64,000 nucleotides of DNA from Antedon mediterranea (taxonomy: Eukaryota; Animalia; Echinodermata): the NCBI RefSeq assembly GCF_964355755.1, contig NC_092677.1, positions 17,878,101 to 17,942,100 of the forward strand, read 5' to 3'. The notes below the pieces were generated by a model. The model made no database searches. It was given only the letters and a program-made list of their open reading frames with translations, and was not told the DNA's origin. Within the stretch, counting starts at the first letter, position 1; each line of letters opens with the position of its first letter. Shown here one piece after another: positions 13,205 to 26,407 of the stretch. The translations under genes were made by a program, and so were the position numbers.

Positions 13205-13324
13205 ATGATGGCCCGAACGGATATTAACGAAGACACATCCAAAGGGCCTCAGTGGCCTCCAACACCCAGGGGACGAAGACTTTCCTCAGGGGAAAAACTT
13301 GCACCCATTTTTCACAATCAATAA
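13205..13324 (+). CDS. Candidate 39-aa small ORF in an exon starting at 13168
   Basis: Strong acceptor gcttctctctccag|13168; cacaaATGATG start; MMARTDINEDTSKGPQWPPTPRGRRLSSGEKLAPIFHNQ*. Confidence 0.25.
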   Translation: MMARTDINEDTSKGPQWPPTPRGRRLSSGEKLAPIFHNQ

Positions 13325-13831
13325 GCGCTGAGGTGTTAATATATTTTCCAGTATTTAGACAGCTGAATGAGTCTATGATACGTAATGTTCTCAAAATGTC
13401 AAATATCGCTAGGATCTTCATTATATTAATAATAATAAAGATTATTAAAAACAGATGAAAGTCCTTAATCACTGCCGCAATCTTCGTCATTGTGTTATTC
13501 TTTCGTTCATAATGTTTCTATAGATCTCTTATGGTGATACTTTCAAGACCTAACAAAGTGTGCCTATAGTGGTATCTCGTGATTAGAGGTTGGTCGTAAA
13601 ACCCATTTTTTCTCTCGTTCGTTTCACGTGAAAGTATCCCCTGACTAGAAAAGAAGGGGTCCTGTACTCAAATTGCATCTAAAAATCATATAAAGTTTAA
13701 ACGCAATAAATGCGCACGAAAATCTTCTGAAGAAAGTTCCAAACCGAGAATAGAACTTATCTTCAGTAACGGTACATATCCCACTAAATATAACTTAAAT
13801 AAATAAATACAAATTCAATAAATAAAATACC

Positions 13832-14011
13832 AGTGTCCATGTATTCACTATATATACTTAGATTGAGTGAAATTACCCTTAAAATTAAGAAAAATCTCCT
13901 ACATAAATGAAAAAAATTTAAGGTAATACTTAAATATTTATTGAATTAGGAGAGATACTTAGTATTTAAAAGAAATATCTGACTTAAGTGTGATTGGTGA
14001 ATACGGCCACA
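13832..14011. mobile_element. Short MITE with imperfect TIRs
   Basis: gtattcacta.....actta at the left end versus taagtgtgattggtgaatac at the right end. Confidence 0.45.
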
Positions 14012-14408
14012 GAACCAGACATACTTTGATGCTTAATAAGGAATTAAAATAGTTTCTCCAAATACAATCAGAATTTGGTTTCTTGTAACGGCAATTACTG
14101 TATGGATGGATTCACCAGAAGAACTATCTCAGTCATTAAATAAACTAATTTTTTCTCAGTAATATAAATTAATGTTTTAGTTAAGTTGTGAAAGTGACTG
14201 TGGATGACATGACCTACCTAGGCATATCATAATTTAACCATGGTTGCACGAATAAGACTTGTGAAAAAGGAAGAAAGTGAGGTCATAGTATAATTGGTCT
14301 CCCGTGCATGACCTATGAAAATGAACAGAATATTATTATTCATGATTTCAAGTTCAACAGTCTATTTTTATAAGCTCATTTACATTAATCTATGTACTTA
14401 TTTCACAG

Positions 14409-14493
14409 GATTGTTTACAAAGTCATCCAAGTGTGAAGTATTCCACTCAAGCGTGACAAATATATGACGTAATTTCAATATGCGCATTGATTG
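14409..14493 (+). other. Candidate internal exon (probably non-coding or UTR)
   Basis: tacttatttcacag| acceptor and TTG|gtaagt donor. Confidence 0.45.
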
Positions 14494-15045
14494 GTAAGTA
14501 ACTTTTTAAAAAACTTTTATTAAATAAATTCATGAACTTGTTTATGTGAATGACTTGTAAAATTTATTCACCAATGTCAGGTGTAAGTTATTCTCTTTAA
14601 AAGTTAATTCTATTGACATTTATAAAAAACATCAAGTGATTTAGGTATGTTTACTAGCCTATATCCAACCAAAGGAAAGATTGTCAAATCCCCGGAGAAC
14701 GAAAGTAATAAAACATTAACTTCATAAGGAACAATTTTCGCCTATAAAATCACACTTGACTTTCAACTAGTTCTAAGTTCCTTCGAAGGAGATCTGAATG
14801 TAATTAAGACAATTACACCATGTCTGAATTGAGTTATCTCGCTCTTCCTTCTTTCGTCCCCTTTCAAATCGGAAGACCTGGTAGTCGTATTGGCGTTCGG
14901 CCCTACACATTAAACAACTGGTCTTTTATTGACAGGCAGACACCTTATCAAAATGTGCTATCTAAAAATAACAAGTAGAAAGTCAACAACTGATTACGTT
15001 ATTGAAAAGTAATCTGATGGTGGCAAATTAATTGCTTATTTACAG

Positions 15046-15166
15046 TGGTTTCTAAAGAGTTTAAACTTTTGCCCACAGTACAATTGTCATCATTAGTAAT
15101 TACGCGGTTTTTGGCTAGGCGTGGCAATATGGAAGCATACAGCAGGCAAGCAATGTTCAAGAAACA
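15046..15166 (+). other. Candidate internal exon (alternative acceptor at 15079)
   Basis: gcttatttacag| or ttttgcccacag| acceptor; ACA|gtgagt donor. Confidence 0.4.
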
Positions 15167-18100
15167 GTGAGTACCTACAAATACAATTTTTTCTTAGGCC
15201 TAACTGTCTAGGACCAGGAAAATACCTCGTGTATTCAAATTGTCTGATGAGTCACGTGATATTAAAGTATTAATTGGATTGGCTCGAAAACTTTTAACCA
15301 CGAAGATTTTTTTCTTTTACTATAATCAATAGTCGAGTAGATTTAAGGGTAGTTTGAGTAAATCAGAATTATTTTAAACACATTCCTATAATCAACACAG
15401 GCCTGTCAATTTATTTTTAGTAAAACATACGTACTTTAGGCCTAATGTTAAGTTATAAAACCTTTTGTTTATAACGAATAATACAACATTAAAAATATAT
15501 TAAAAATACATATAATTATAGGATTTAAGGTGTGGTACAATAGGCCTACAAAGTGATTATTCCGAAAGGTCATAAAAATGTGTAAATTAAAAATAATTCT
15601 TCGTCCGTCAAAATTGTTATTCAGAGCTTTACGTTTGATGATAATACATTATAATTTCCTTACAATTTGATTCTATAAAAAATGCTTGTTAGTTAGTTTT
15701 CGATAAGATGAGCAGGATAGGCCTAAGCCTAGCGATACGTTTTAATATTAGTTCAAACAGTATTGTTTCTATATAGATTAAAATATTTTAGCCCATCGGA
15801 CAAAAGTAATTCTTGATGGGACTTTTAATATAAACTATATTGTTTAACCATGAACAAGTTTCTATATTGACTTTAAAAGATTCGCCAACCCTTTAATATT
15901 TTTGTAGCATTTGAGTTTGATAATCTTGAGCGCCATAGTTAAAATGGACACTATATGAGTCAGGAGGATAGTTGCTAGGCCTAGCTAAATCAGATGATGT
16001 ACGCCTACTAGAGACTGGCACAGAGAGATCAGAACAAACTTGCCTGGTTGCAATTGCATGATTAAGTTATTGATGTAAATGTGATAGTACAAAGCATCGA
16101 TAGGCTATAGCTTACGTAAAAAATGAGATTAGATAGTATTAATATTTTTTTTATTACTTATTTTATACGATTGAAATATTTTTTGTATTCAACTAGTACA
16201 CCTCCCGAAGCGAATTCAGAGACTTTTTCTTCTTACAAATATAAAATAATACTATATGTGAATACCATGTTAATGCATAAAAAAAAAACAGATGTATTGT
16301 TTAAACTATATCTAATAATCCTTCAAGAAAAAAATATATAAAATTCCACATCTAGTTAAATTTAAGCCTACCTAAAATCAGTTTAAGTTAGGTCTAAAAT
16401 ACTAAAATAAATTATGTAACAAACTGGTAGATTAAAATGTCCGATAACTTTATAAAGGTTAATTGCGGTATTAGGATATAAGCACGTTATATTGTAGAAA
16501 ATGAAATAAAGTTTAAAATAAAAAAAAGAACACTAATTTGACTTGCTACACAAGGAGAAAGGTGAAAGTTCAAGTGGTTTCAATAAGTACATTTACGCTT
16601 AAATTTAAAGATATAATTCGTTTAAAAGTCAAGCCTAAACTAATATTGCTGTGCTGTTAATCATGAATATAACCACGGAATTAATTCCTGATAAAATGAT
16701 TAAATCAAAAGACGATAAAAATATCAGAAACACATTTTTATTATTATTATTAAACAAATTATGGTAAAATGCAACTAGCGTCACTTTGGACAGGCATAAC
16801 TTCTCGTAGATTCCAGCGATTCAAACAATGTCTCCTATCTCAACTTTGTGGGATAAGAAACCAGAATTTTTCTATAAAAAGACACTTTTTAGGTAGAAGT
16901 ATACCAGTGTCGTGATATTTATGAATACAACATAAATCTCGTTACTAGAATAATCACTTCTTGTAGGCATAGTGTCCTGTTTTTTCGTTACCACATTCGT
17001 TTTGTTGTAATACTGTAAGCCTAGGTTCTAATTTGGGATGTTAATTTGGCCTACGGTAAACATGAGGTTTTATCTGATGATAACAATGCAAACATAGCCT
17101 AAACAAAAATGAAAAAGAAAAAAAAATTACATTATTGAATAAAAATAACAAACAATTTAACGAGTTTTCATATAATAAAAATGGTATTGATTTAGTTATT
17201 AAAATGGAATTGATTTAGAGGTAGGCTGCTACGCTACCGTAGCACGCCTAAACTCGCCAAATCCTCCCGCCAAGGATGCTTTCTCAAGGTCTTACACCAG
17301 TCCTTACCTCTGGTGTTCTGCCACAGTGAGGGCAATGACATTTTTTCTGGGTTAATGCTAATTAGTTACTAAAAAGCCATTAATGTCAATGATACGTATA
17401 AATCCGCCTGGAATAATCAATCAAATCTATTCTCTTAAATAGTTAATTAGATTAACATTTTTGAAAATGATAATGTGGAAAGTTATAAACTATTTTTTTT
17501 TAATATCGTAAAAAAAGATACGCAAAGGTTGTGAATTTACTACTGGATTTTATATGAAAAAAAGATTCACGACTCTGTTTTGGTGGTCTAGGTCTAGTCT
17601 AGTCCGTACATTTTGCTGTCCATATTTCTTAGCAGTGGTTTTTAATAGGCTTATAAAAGTTCTATTATCAACGTATGTCTTTAATTTGCTGAGACAAATA
17701 GCTCCGTACGTATCTCAATTTCATTATATTCGTAGGCTATAAGTTGAATGATTTGTAGATTTCAAGTGATAAACTAAAGAGAGATTGTATGTTATGTTTA
17801 AATTGTATATAAATGTTGACAACCGTATCCTTAGTTTTCCAATAGATAAATTGTTCTTTTGAAAATAAAGTAAACGAAAAAACATGGCGTCTCATAGTTA
17901 TCTGGCCAAAAATGAGATAACAAGTATTTACCTGATAAAACCAAAATTTAATGAAAAAAAAAGTCAAACGGAAGCCTATTACCCGAAAGACCGATGGGGT
18001 TCTGGTTAAAGTTATGTTTATTTTATATAGGCATTTATAAGCAAAATAATGCTTTGTGTTACCAGAAGTTAAAACATTTATCAAAACTACAACATGGCTT

Positions 18101-19950
18101 ATTCAAAGTATGATTCTTCCAAATGTTTCTTTTTTTCCTACAGCTTTATTGAAATTAAACAAACTATACGATATAGACCTACAAACGATGAAAATCTATA
18201 TAAATGTATCATTATAAAATCACTGGAGATCGGACCTATTCAATTTTAAGCAGAACCAGTGATTTATATTAGGCCTAGGCCTGTAACAAGTAACATTTCG
18301 TTCTATACCGTCCGCCTTTACTTAATCTGTAGCCTATATTAATACTGTACTTGTTTTAAAATTATATATTAATACCGGTACTTTCAAAAGATAAACAAAT
18401 CTCCTTTTTTGTGTATCATACAAAACAATTATACAGTATTTACAATATTTCTATGTCTTTGTTGTCATCGACACTTATGGATGGAAACAATATTATACTA
18501 AAGCTGATTCGTACGGTAAACTGCCTTAGAGCACGTTTACCGGAATTCCCCCTTACTCACTTAACGAAATATAGGCCTAGCGTGGTGTTAATAAAAACTT
18601 ATGAATTAATAATCATCATATTTAATTCTAAAAATCAATGCGATATTCAGACCTATCAGTGTCAGATATTACTATGTAACATAATACCAAACCCCCTCAC
18701 GAAATGTTTCTATTGTTGTTTTGATAATAGTAATATGTTACAATACCGCTCTTTCAATTGTTCTCAAAAGTACAAACCCCTATCTGCTTAGTTTTAATAT
18801 GAAATCAATTAAAATTACAATAACGGTATATGCACAATACTTAAGCCTGAAGGAGATGTTGAAAATCAATGTTAAATCTAGTGGTCTGGTGAAAATCACA
18901 ATAGGAGTATCATGTGTCTGTAAGAACAGGGAGCTAAGGTCGATTCTTTGATATTTACGGCTACAAACAGTTAAGCATCACAGCGATATTGATGAGGTAA
19001 ATTAGATATCAAACACTACTACTTATCCGATGTAATCCCGCCTAGAGTATATCGTACGAAGAATATTGTTTGCCGTCAGGCTTCAGAATATATTGATTTT
19101 TTCTCGGCGTTGATGACATTCTGAAGAATTCTACGCCCGATCGGATTACGCATGTTTATTACAAGTGTATCGACTCGGCTTCTGTTATTACAGATTTGAG
19201 ATTTAGTAGTTGATTTTTCAGCTTTTATTCCATTGACATATTATCATGATTGACAGTATTATGCCTGAATCGATAAGTGTTTGAAATTATTGCATTGATT
19301 TACTTATTCAATTGTTCGCTGCTAATGATCAGGTTTAAGTTGTTAAAATTATTGAAACACTTTAATTCAATGATGAATGCACTTGTATGTAAAAGATGAA
19401 AGCGGCAAGACAATTAAGTCAATAAAACCTATATCCATACAAAATAATTTTAATAAACCTTAAAGAAATTAATATCACAATCTAGTTCATAAATACATTG
19501 ACCTTTGCCGGTTATACAACCTGATAATATTGATGTATCAAAATCATATCATAAAATATCATTAAAATTACATTCAAAATATAATATGAAATTAATTTTA
19601 ATGAAGGTACCAAAAATCAATCGATCAAACAATGTTCGTACTGTAAACTAACGAACGATTAAGAAAATATATAATTCCTTAAAAAAAATGCAACAGATAA
19701 TTAGGTTGTATGTAATTACAATATTGTAATAATGCATATTAATTATAATAGCAGTTTTTAATAAAATCGTTTATTCTTAAAATGCAACCTAGAATAAAAA
19801 AAATATATTTTAGTTTTTTCCCAAATTTCACCTTAAACTATTTACTACCGTATTTTACTCAAAAGGTCAAAAGAACCTGCTTTTTCTATTAGGATTTTTT
19901 ACTCGTCGGGACGAATTTATTTAGATTTTGCATATTGCCCAGCGTAAATG

Positions 19951-20576
19951 TGCCATTTGCCATAGGACGTCGGGCAACTAATTCTGCGAGCACTGCCATA
20001 GCCCTACATTATTGTTGAAATAACAAGCCTAAGCCTAATTGAATTTGGTGGAACTGCCTGCTAAAATAAGATCCTTAAAGTAGGCCTAATAAAAAACCAA
20101 CATGAGTTTTACTCTCACTATAGCTTCAATGGTTCTAATATTAAACAATACAATAAAACTGTATTATCCCAAAAATTCTGGAAAAATTCATTAGGTTGTA
20201 GTAGTACATTTCATAAAAACGTTTAAAATACTACACAAAAGGTAAGCACAATCACAACTATCATAACAAATCCAAAATATGTTAAAAGCAAATAAAATCA
20301 GGTTCATATTGCACAGAATTTCCATTATTATTATTTCCATTATATTAATAATTGATACATTAATATTTTGGTAAACCTAATTAACTAATTGCCATTTGCC
20401 ATGTGACGTCGGGCAACTGATTCTGCGAGCACTACCTTAGCCCTACATTATTGTTGAAATAACGTTAGACTCATATTTTGTGATTCGAGCAACGAATAAA
20501 CAACAAGCCTAAGCCTAATTCAATTTGGTGGAACTGTCTGCTATAAAAATAAGATCCTTAAAGTAGGCCTAATAAA
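19951..20576 (+). repeat. Local direct duplication (19951-20093 and 20390-20576)
   Basis: tgccatttgccat..gacgtcgggcaact.attctgcgagcact...aagatccttaaagtaggcctaataaa occurs twice; the second copy has ~40 extra bp. Confidence 0.9.
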
Positions 20577-21699
20577 TTCCACTAGCTTCCCTGGTTGTAA
20601 TATTAAACATTTTAATGATATATTTAATTATGATAGTTTAGTACACATAATTAACGATTAATAAAATGTGTAAACATTATTTATTTTATGATCAATTGTT
20701 AAATTAGTAGTGTAGTTTAGCGGCTCTCTCTCTCTCTGCGGCTTTTAGGTACGATTTTTATATTATGTAAACAGGAGCATTATTGTAAATAAGATTTCAC
20801 ATCCTATTCTCTAAATTATGGTATTCTATATATTTTAAATACAAAATATTTTAAAACAAAATTGAAACTGTTTGCATGTAATAAATTATTAAAATAATTA
20901 TAATGCATAGTAACTATCACTAAAGAGAGACTTTAATAAATAATAATGTAATACCAAACAATGTAACCATGGAAGTTGAACATTTTCCATAACCGAATAT
21001 GATGAATCAAGGCAACGATTATGGCATTAGATATGATTCTCTATCCGACATTGTACTTGAATCAAAAACATTAATACAAATTTTAAGATTACTCGGAAAA
21101 AATAAAATCACTCGTTCCTGGTAATCCAAACATTTGTTTGATTGATTTTGTTTTTTGGATTACGTACTGTATTTTACTATTTATGTATTAATTCTTTCTT
21201 TTCGTGATAAAACTTTCAGCACCAGAAATAGGCCTATAAGAAAAATATAAACAAATGAGAAGGAAATACAAAAACGATTAAAATGGTTCAGTAAACGAAA
21301 AGAGGAGAAAAAGTAAGTTAATTATGTATTGACTTTTGTTAATGTAAAGGCAATATTTTAATTAAACTGTCCGTATAGTTTACTATCTATATACATTTTC
21401 AGTTTAGAGATTCATATTCTGCTTTGTGGTAGAAAGTTTCACTTAATCACCTAAAAACAGTTATTATAATGATGTATTCAATTATTATGGACATGTCGTA
21501 CTATTATTAGAAATCTAACACAACAGACTAAAATGGATTTTTGTTAAATAATTACCAATTGTAAACATTAGGATACATACGTTTCTGAAATCTAAAGCAT
21601 TTTTTTTTATTTAGTAGGACTGTTCTTTCTTAAACTTGAAATTGTTTTTGAGCATTTAGGCATACAAAAGTTATTCTACGTGCAATTGGGATTCGGTTT

Positions 21700-21930
21700 C
21701 TTTTCTTTTCTTTTTATTTTATTTATACGCATCCAACAGCGAGTAACTCGCCAATTAAAGGATAGATAAAATGTTTTATAATAATCTTATATCTTATATA
21801 AACTAAGTCTTATAGGCTTAGGGAATGGAGTTGAAACACTAGTGAGTTACAACCCTCATGGCACTAGGTCAGAATTGAACCCTGGACATTGGGATTTGAA
21901 GAAAAGCACGTTAACCACCAAGCTCCATAA
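21700..21930 (-). mobile_element. Degenerate tRNA-derived SINE
   Basis: Minus strand: A-box-like ggagcttggtggttaa, B-box-like gggttcaattc, a body, then an A-rich tail (T-rich on plus at ~21700-21725). Confidence 0.5.
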
Positions 21931-23548
21931 AATCTTTTTTTTTTCAAATTTTAAAGTTTATTACACTGTTTCATTTGGTTGTTATTTTGTTGTTATTTTT
22001 GTTAGAAATTTTAGCTCGAGTGGTTTTATATAGAAAGCAAGATACGGCCCTTTAGTAACAATGATTACAATAATGGGTTGAGTATAAATAAAACAAAAAT
22101 TAGTATGATGGATATTTTTAAAAACTTCTAAAAACAAATTCTTACGATGTTTTAAGGTAATCCTTCTACAAATCCCTACTTACCTGTTTATTATTCTACC
22201 AGACAATAAATTACTGCTTACAAAACTTGTTGAAGTATATTAACAAAACAATACATTGTCTCAACGCGTGCAAAACAAGGTTATATGGATAAGGAAGATT
22301 TCAATTTAATTCATACAAGTAAACATCATACGTTTGATTTACATGTTTTTGGAATTACCTTACTTAAGACTAGATAATGGTAAATATTCATATGAATTTG
22401 TTCCAGCTTTAGTGGTTTTATATTTCATACAATTATTCGATTTAACTCGAATCGGATGGGAGTGAAACACCAGATAATTCTCAGGCCATTATAACAATAT
22501 ACAATACCAACGTTTTAACAATTGAATCTTCAGAGACTAATAGTAATAAAATGGTTTAATTTATAACAAGTGCTGGTGTTATAGATCCGTTCTTACGGGC
22601 GAAATGCGTTTTGTTAGGCAGCTTGAGCTACCTCGACTGACCTTCGCGGTAGCTTCAGACTTCCAGCGTACCAGAAAATCCCGAACGGAAATCTATATTC
22701 ATAATATCGGATTCCTTTTGATTAATCTACCTCGAAAAGGTGTAATATACACGAGTATTGAATAGAAAAACTTTAATAGCATAATTAAGGCGTATTTGGA
22801 CCATGCATTCTCTTTAACCAATACCAATTGTCTAACAAAATGCTTGATTACGTCCACAAAAGCTTTGTAGCGACAAACAACACAAAAACATGCATTGATT
22901 TCTGAAATGTTACCGAGCGTGAAATATATACTTTTAACACGTGTTAAACACGGTGAGATGATGCGAGTTTATCGCAACGCAACGACAGCGGCCGCACTAC
23001 GAACCTCCTTTTAATTAATTTCTTCGTCTCAACCGATTAATTAATTGACACAAAAGAAACTTGTAAATTACTTAAGACTACTGGTTATTGTGATGTTATT
23101 GAGTGAAATTTGTCGGACATAAGCATGTTTTATTCGCCTGAATAACTAATGTAATGATGACTGGTCTACTATAGCCTAATGTGTGTATTCGAACGATTAA
23201 AATGCAATTACTTATTATTATTGTCGACTCGTTATTTTAACTAGTAAACGGATTTCAAGCACCAAAATGTTCACGTGACCATAGTTGTAACGGTATTATG
23301 TACTTTTAATGAATCAAATTCCATTGTAAATTAACAGGGCCTCCCTTGACCTAAATGCATATACAAGTGACTATAAAAATGACAACAGGTACCACGGAGG
23401 TGAAAAGTTCTGTCCAATCTTACAGTTCTCCAAGCTCCCACCAGTCTGTAGTTATTTAATAAGGGCTTAACAAGTTGTGGACATGCATCATTTTTTAATA
23501 GTTGTCAATCTTGTTATTATTATATCGTTTAATGTCCTAATTTCACAG

Positions 23549-23761
23549 GTCATGGGAGGTTAACTCTTCGAGTTGTGGCACTAGTTATAACCTTCACGTG
23601 GACGTTTTTCTTAAATTGAAGCTTCCGAAATGACCAATGGCCCGAGTTAGATGAAACTTTAGATGAAGTTTGGTTAGCCAATAATGGGCCTCGCACGTCT
23701 ACGATATTGTTTCTCGAACAAGGTTCTCTTCAAGGCCCGGAACCGTGCCAGATAAACTACG
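23549..23761 (+). other. Candidate 213-bp internal exon, open in one frame except for a single TGA
   Basis: cctaatttcacag| acceptor with branch-like ctaat; ACG|gtatgt donor. The phase 1-1 frame reads HGRLTLRVVALVITFTWTFFLN*SFRNDQWPELDETLDEVWLANNGPRTSTILFLEQGSLQGPEPCQINY. Confidence 0.5.
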
Positions 23762-26141
23762 GTATGTATGAATTATATATAATTGATATTAAATTATTAA
23801 TCAGGTTTTGTTCTTTGCTTCAAGGAAGTGTCAAAACCGATAGATGATGCCGTTCACAATTTTGAAATTGTGGAAGTTGTGGCATTATATGAACTTTACT
23901 ATATACGGTCTATCACGTAGTGAAAAAATCAGAAAGGAAAATTGATATTGGCCTTATAAAAAAATTATATAAAAATTGATATTGATGATAAAAACATTTT
24001 ATTTTTATTAGGCATATTTATTTATGTTCAAAAGTTTCTGGTAGTTTTAGGAAGTACCGTTTGCAATAAAAAAAACATGAAAAGTATTACTTTAGGCCTA
24101 CTATTCATTCATTATTCATTCCTCTTGCCAATATATTTGACAAACATGTACATTAATCTTGTAAAAAAATAAGCAACTATGGTTACAAATAAAAAAAAAA
24201 TGAATGTCGTTCTATATTATATAATGTCGTTCTCTAAACAAAAACCAAATATATGAAATTATAAGTATGATAATTTTAATTAAAACTTATATTTTGTTTC
24301 TTTTGCTTATATTCTTTAAAACAAATTCTACCAGTTTAAAACATAATGGACAAGATAATGTTTAGCAAGATTGAAAAAGATTTTTTCAAAATCGTCAAAT
24401 ATTTAACCAACTGCTATGGGTGTAAATACATTAAAATTATAAAATGAAAATGAAATAATTAGAAAACTGCTTAGATGAGTACCGTATTAACAGTTCTACT
24501 AAACAAAATAAATAAACATTTTTTTTGACGAAGCAGCACCAATTAGGCTGAAATTAACATATTAATTAACATATATTTGTTTTAGCTTGTATTTGATGGT
24601 ATTTGACCGCTTTAGAGGTGTTTACCACCTGTTAGTCCCATCATTCACATATTTTTTGTCTATTTCTTTGTAGGTGAATTTTAGCGCAAACTTGAGTAGG
24701 CCTTAATAAAAATTAAATAAAAGAAATATTTGTGTTTAATAATATTGATTATGCCTATTTCATTCCACTAAAAAAGTACCTAGCTTGTTGTGTTTCTTAC
24801 TTTACATATGTTGTTTTTTTTAAATGTGTTTTAATCTTTTCTTCACAAGTTCGATAATTATATTAATTCTAGAAGTTTTTGTTTTTGCCACACCTCTAGG
24901 CCCACAGTTTCATTTTGTGGATTCGTGATTACCTTACAAATTATGATATTTTAAAAATAGTTTTACATCTTTTGGTTAGATAAATTTTACATCATCATGA
25001 CTATTAAATATAAAAAAAAACACCTACTTATTTATTTTATAATATGTAAATTTGCTTTTGAATTTTTATCAACCTATTAGCGCCGATAATTGGTAAAAAT
25101 ATTAAATACAAAAACTAACAAAGAATGTAGAATAAGACAAGTAGATATTTATTCAGACCGACAAATATGTCAAAGGAAAGATACTAGTGCTTAATTAAAA
25201 CCACTATGTCTAGAGAATTTTATTTATACAATGTTGATCATAAACAAAAACTGTCTAGGAACAGGATTAGTTATTATTCGTTACGGATAACTGATAAAAA
25301 TCCTAGTGCCAACGAAAATATAAAATGCATGAATTTGTTTTGAATACCGTATTACATTTATGGAATAACGTATCATTTTTCAACAAGAGGGCAAACATTT
25401 ATTATTATTATTCGACGAAAATTAGACGATACACATTCTGTTTGACGTTTTCATCAAAATTATCACTGACTTATCTATGCTATCAGGAAAGATTCGTAAA
25501 ATCTGTGGAATAGTAAACTAACCGAGGCGCCGGCAATCACCGATCAAAATAGAAGGCGACATTTTTAGAAATTGGCTTGGCGTAAAATGCATTTGACCTT
25601 TAACATTTTGTTTCTTAAGCAAGGGAAATGATCATATGTTGCTATACATGACTAGAACTACAGTTGACATCAAGTTTCCTTGTTTACATAAAGTCGTTTA
25701 TAGTATGCATTTCTTTCAAGAAAATTGCTATTGGCTTCAGCAAGCTTTCAGGCCTTGCATAAACATTATCTATCAGAGGTTTTTTTCTGTACTAAAATTA
25801 ACAGTTAATACTATTCACTTCACCTTATAAATAGTTTCAACAGTTTTTACATCAGGTTTTCTAAAGAACTGAAAATAAATACGGCAGTGTGCCTAACTAT
25901 CTATTTCTAAGTCACTGAAACGCAATGTCTATCGTTAAATCTTTAATGTTTTTGTTGATGTATGCGCTGCTTTCTGGAAACACACGCACGTAAAAGAGAA
26001 TCCGGCCTATACTGTATGTTACGGTTTTCATATATGTTTCGTACGGAATCCGGAATACGTTAGTGTGTGAATGGTTTTATACATAACAACTCCACACGCA
26101 ACATTCACCTTGTTTATCCTGGCACGGCGCAGGATCAGGAC

Positions 26142-26407
26142 TCAGTGTGAACGTAGCTTCTGGATGGCCTGCGTTTCAGTGTGAACGTAGCTTTAGAATG
26201 GTGTGCTTTCAGTGGGAACATAGCTTTAGGATGGCGTGCTTTTCAGTGTGAAGTTAGCTTCAGGACGGTGTGCTTTCAGTGGGAACGTAGCTTTAGGATG
26301 GTGTGCTTTCAGTGGGAACATAGCTTTAGGATGGCGTGCTTTTCAGTGTGAACGTAACTTCAGGATGGTGTGTTTTCAGTGTGAACGTAGCTTTAGGATG
26401 GTGTGTC
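26142..26407. repeat. Tandem array, 8 x 33-34 bp, with a 100-bp trimeric higher-order period
   Basis: Unit tcagtgtgaacgtagctttaggatggtgtgctt; units start at 26176/26276/26376, 26209/26309 and 26243/26343. Confidence 0.95.

Noticed and set aside
15243-15265. CTGATGA as a hammerhead core (also CTGACGA at ~56342 and on the minus strand at ~57610)
   Set aside because: No correctly placed GAAA after stem II, and no stem III or cleavage triplet.
26142-26407. CRISPR-like array
   Set aside because: There are no unique spacers and no cas genes, and the context is eukaryotic; this is a plain tandem repeat.
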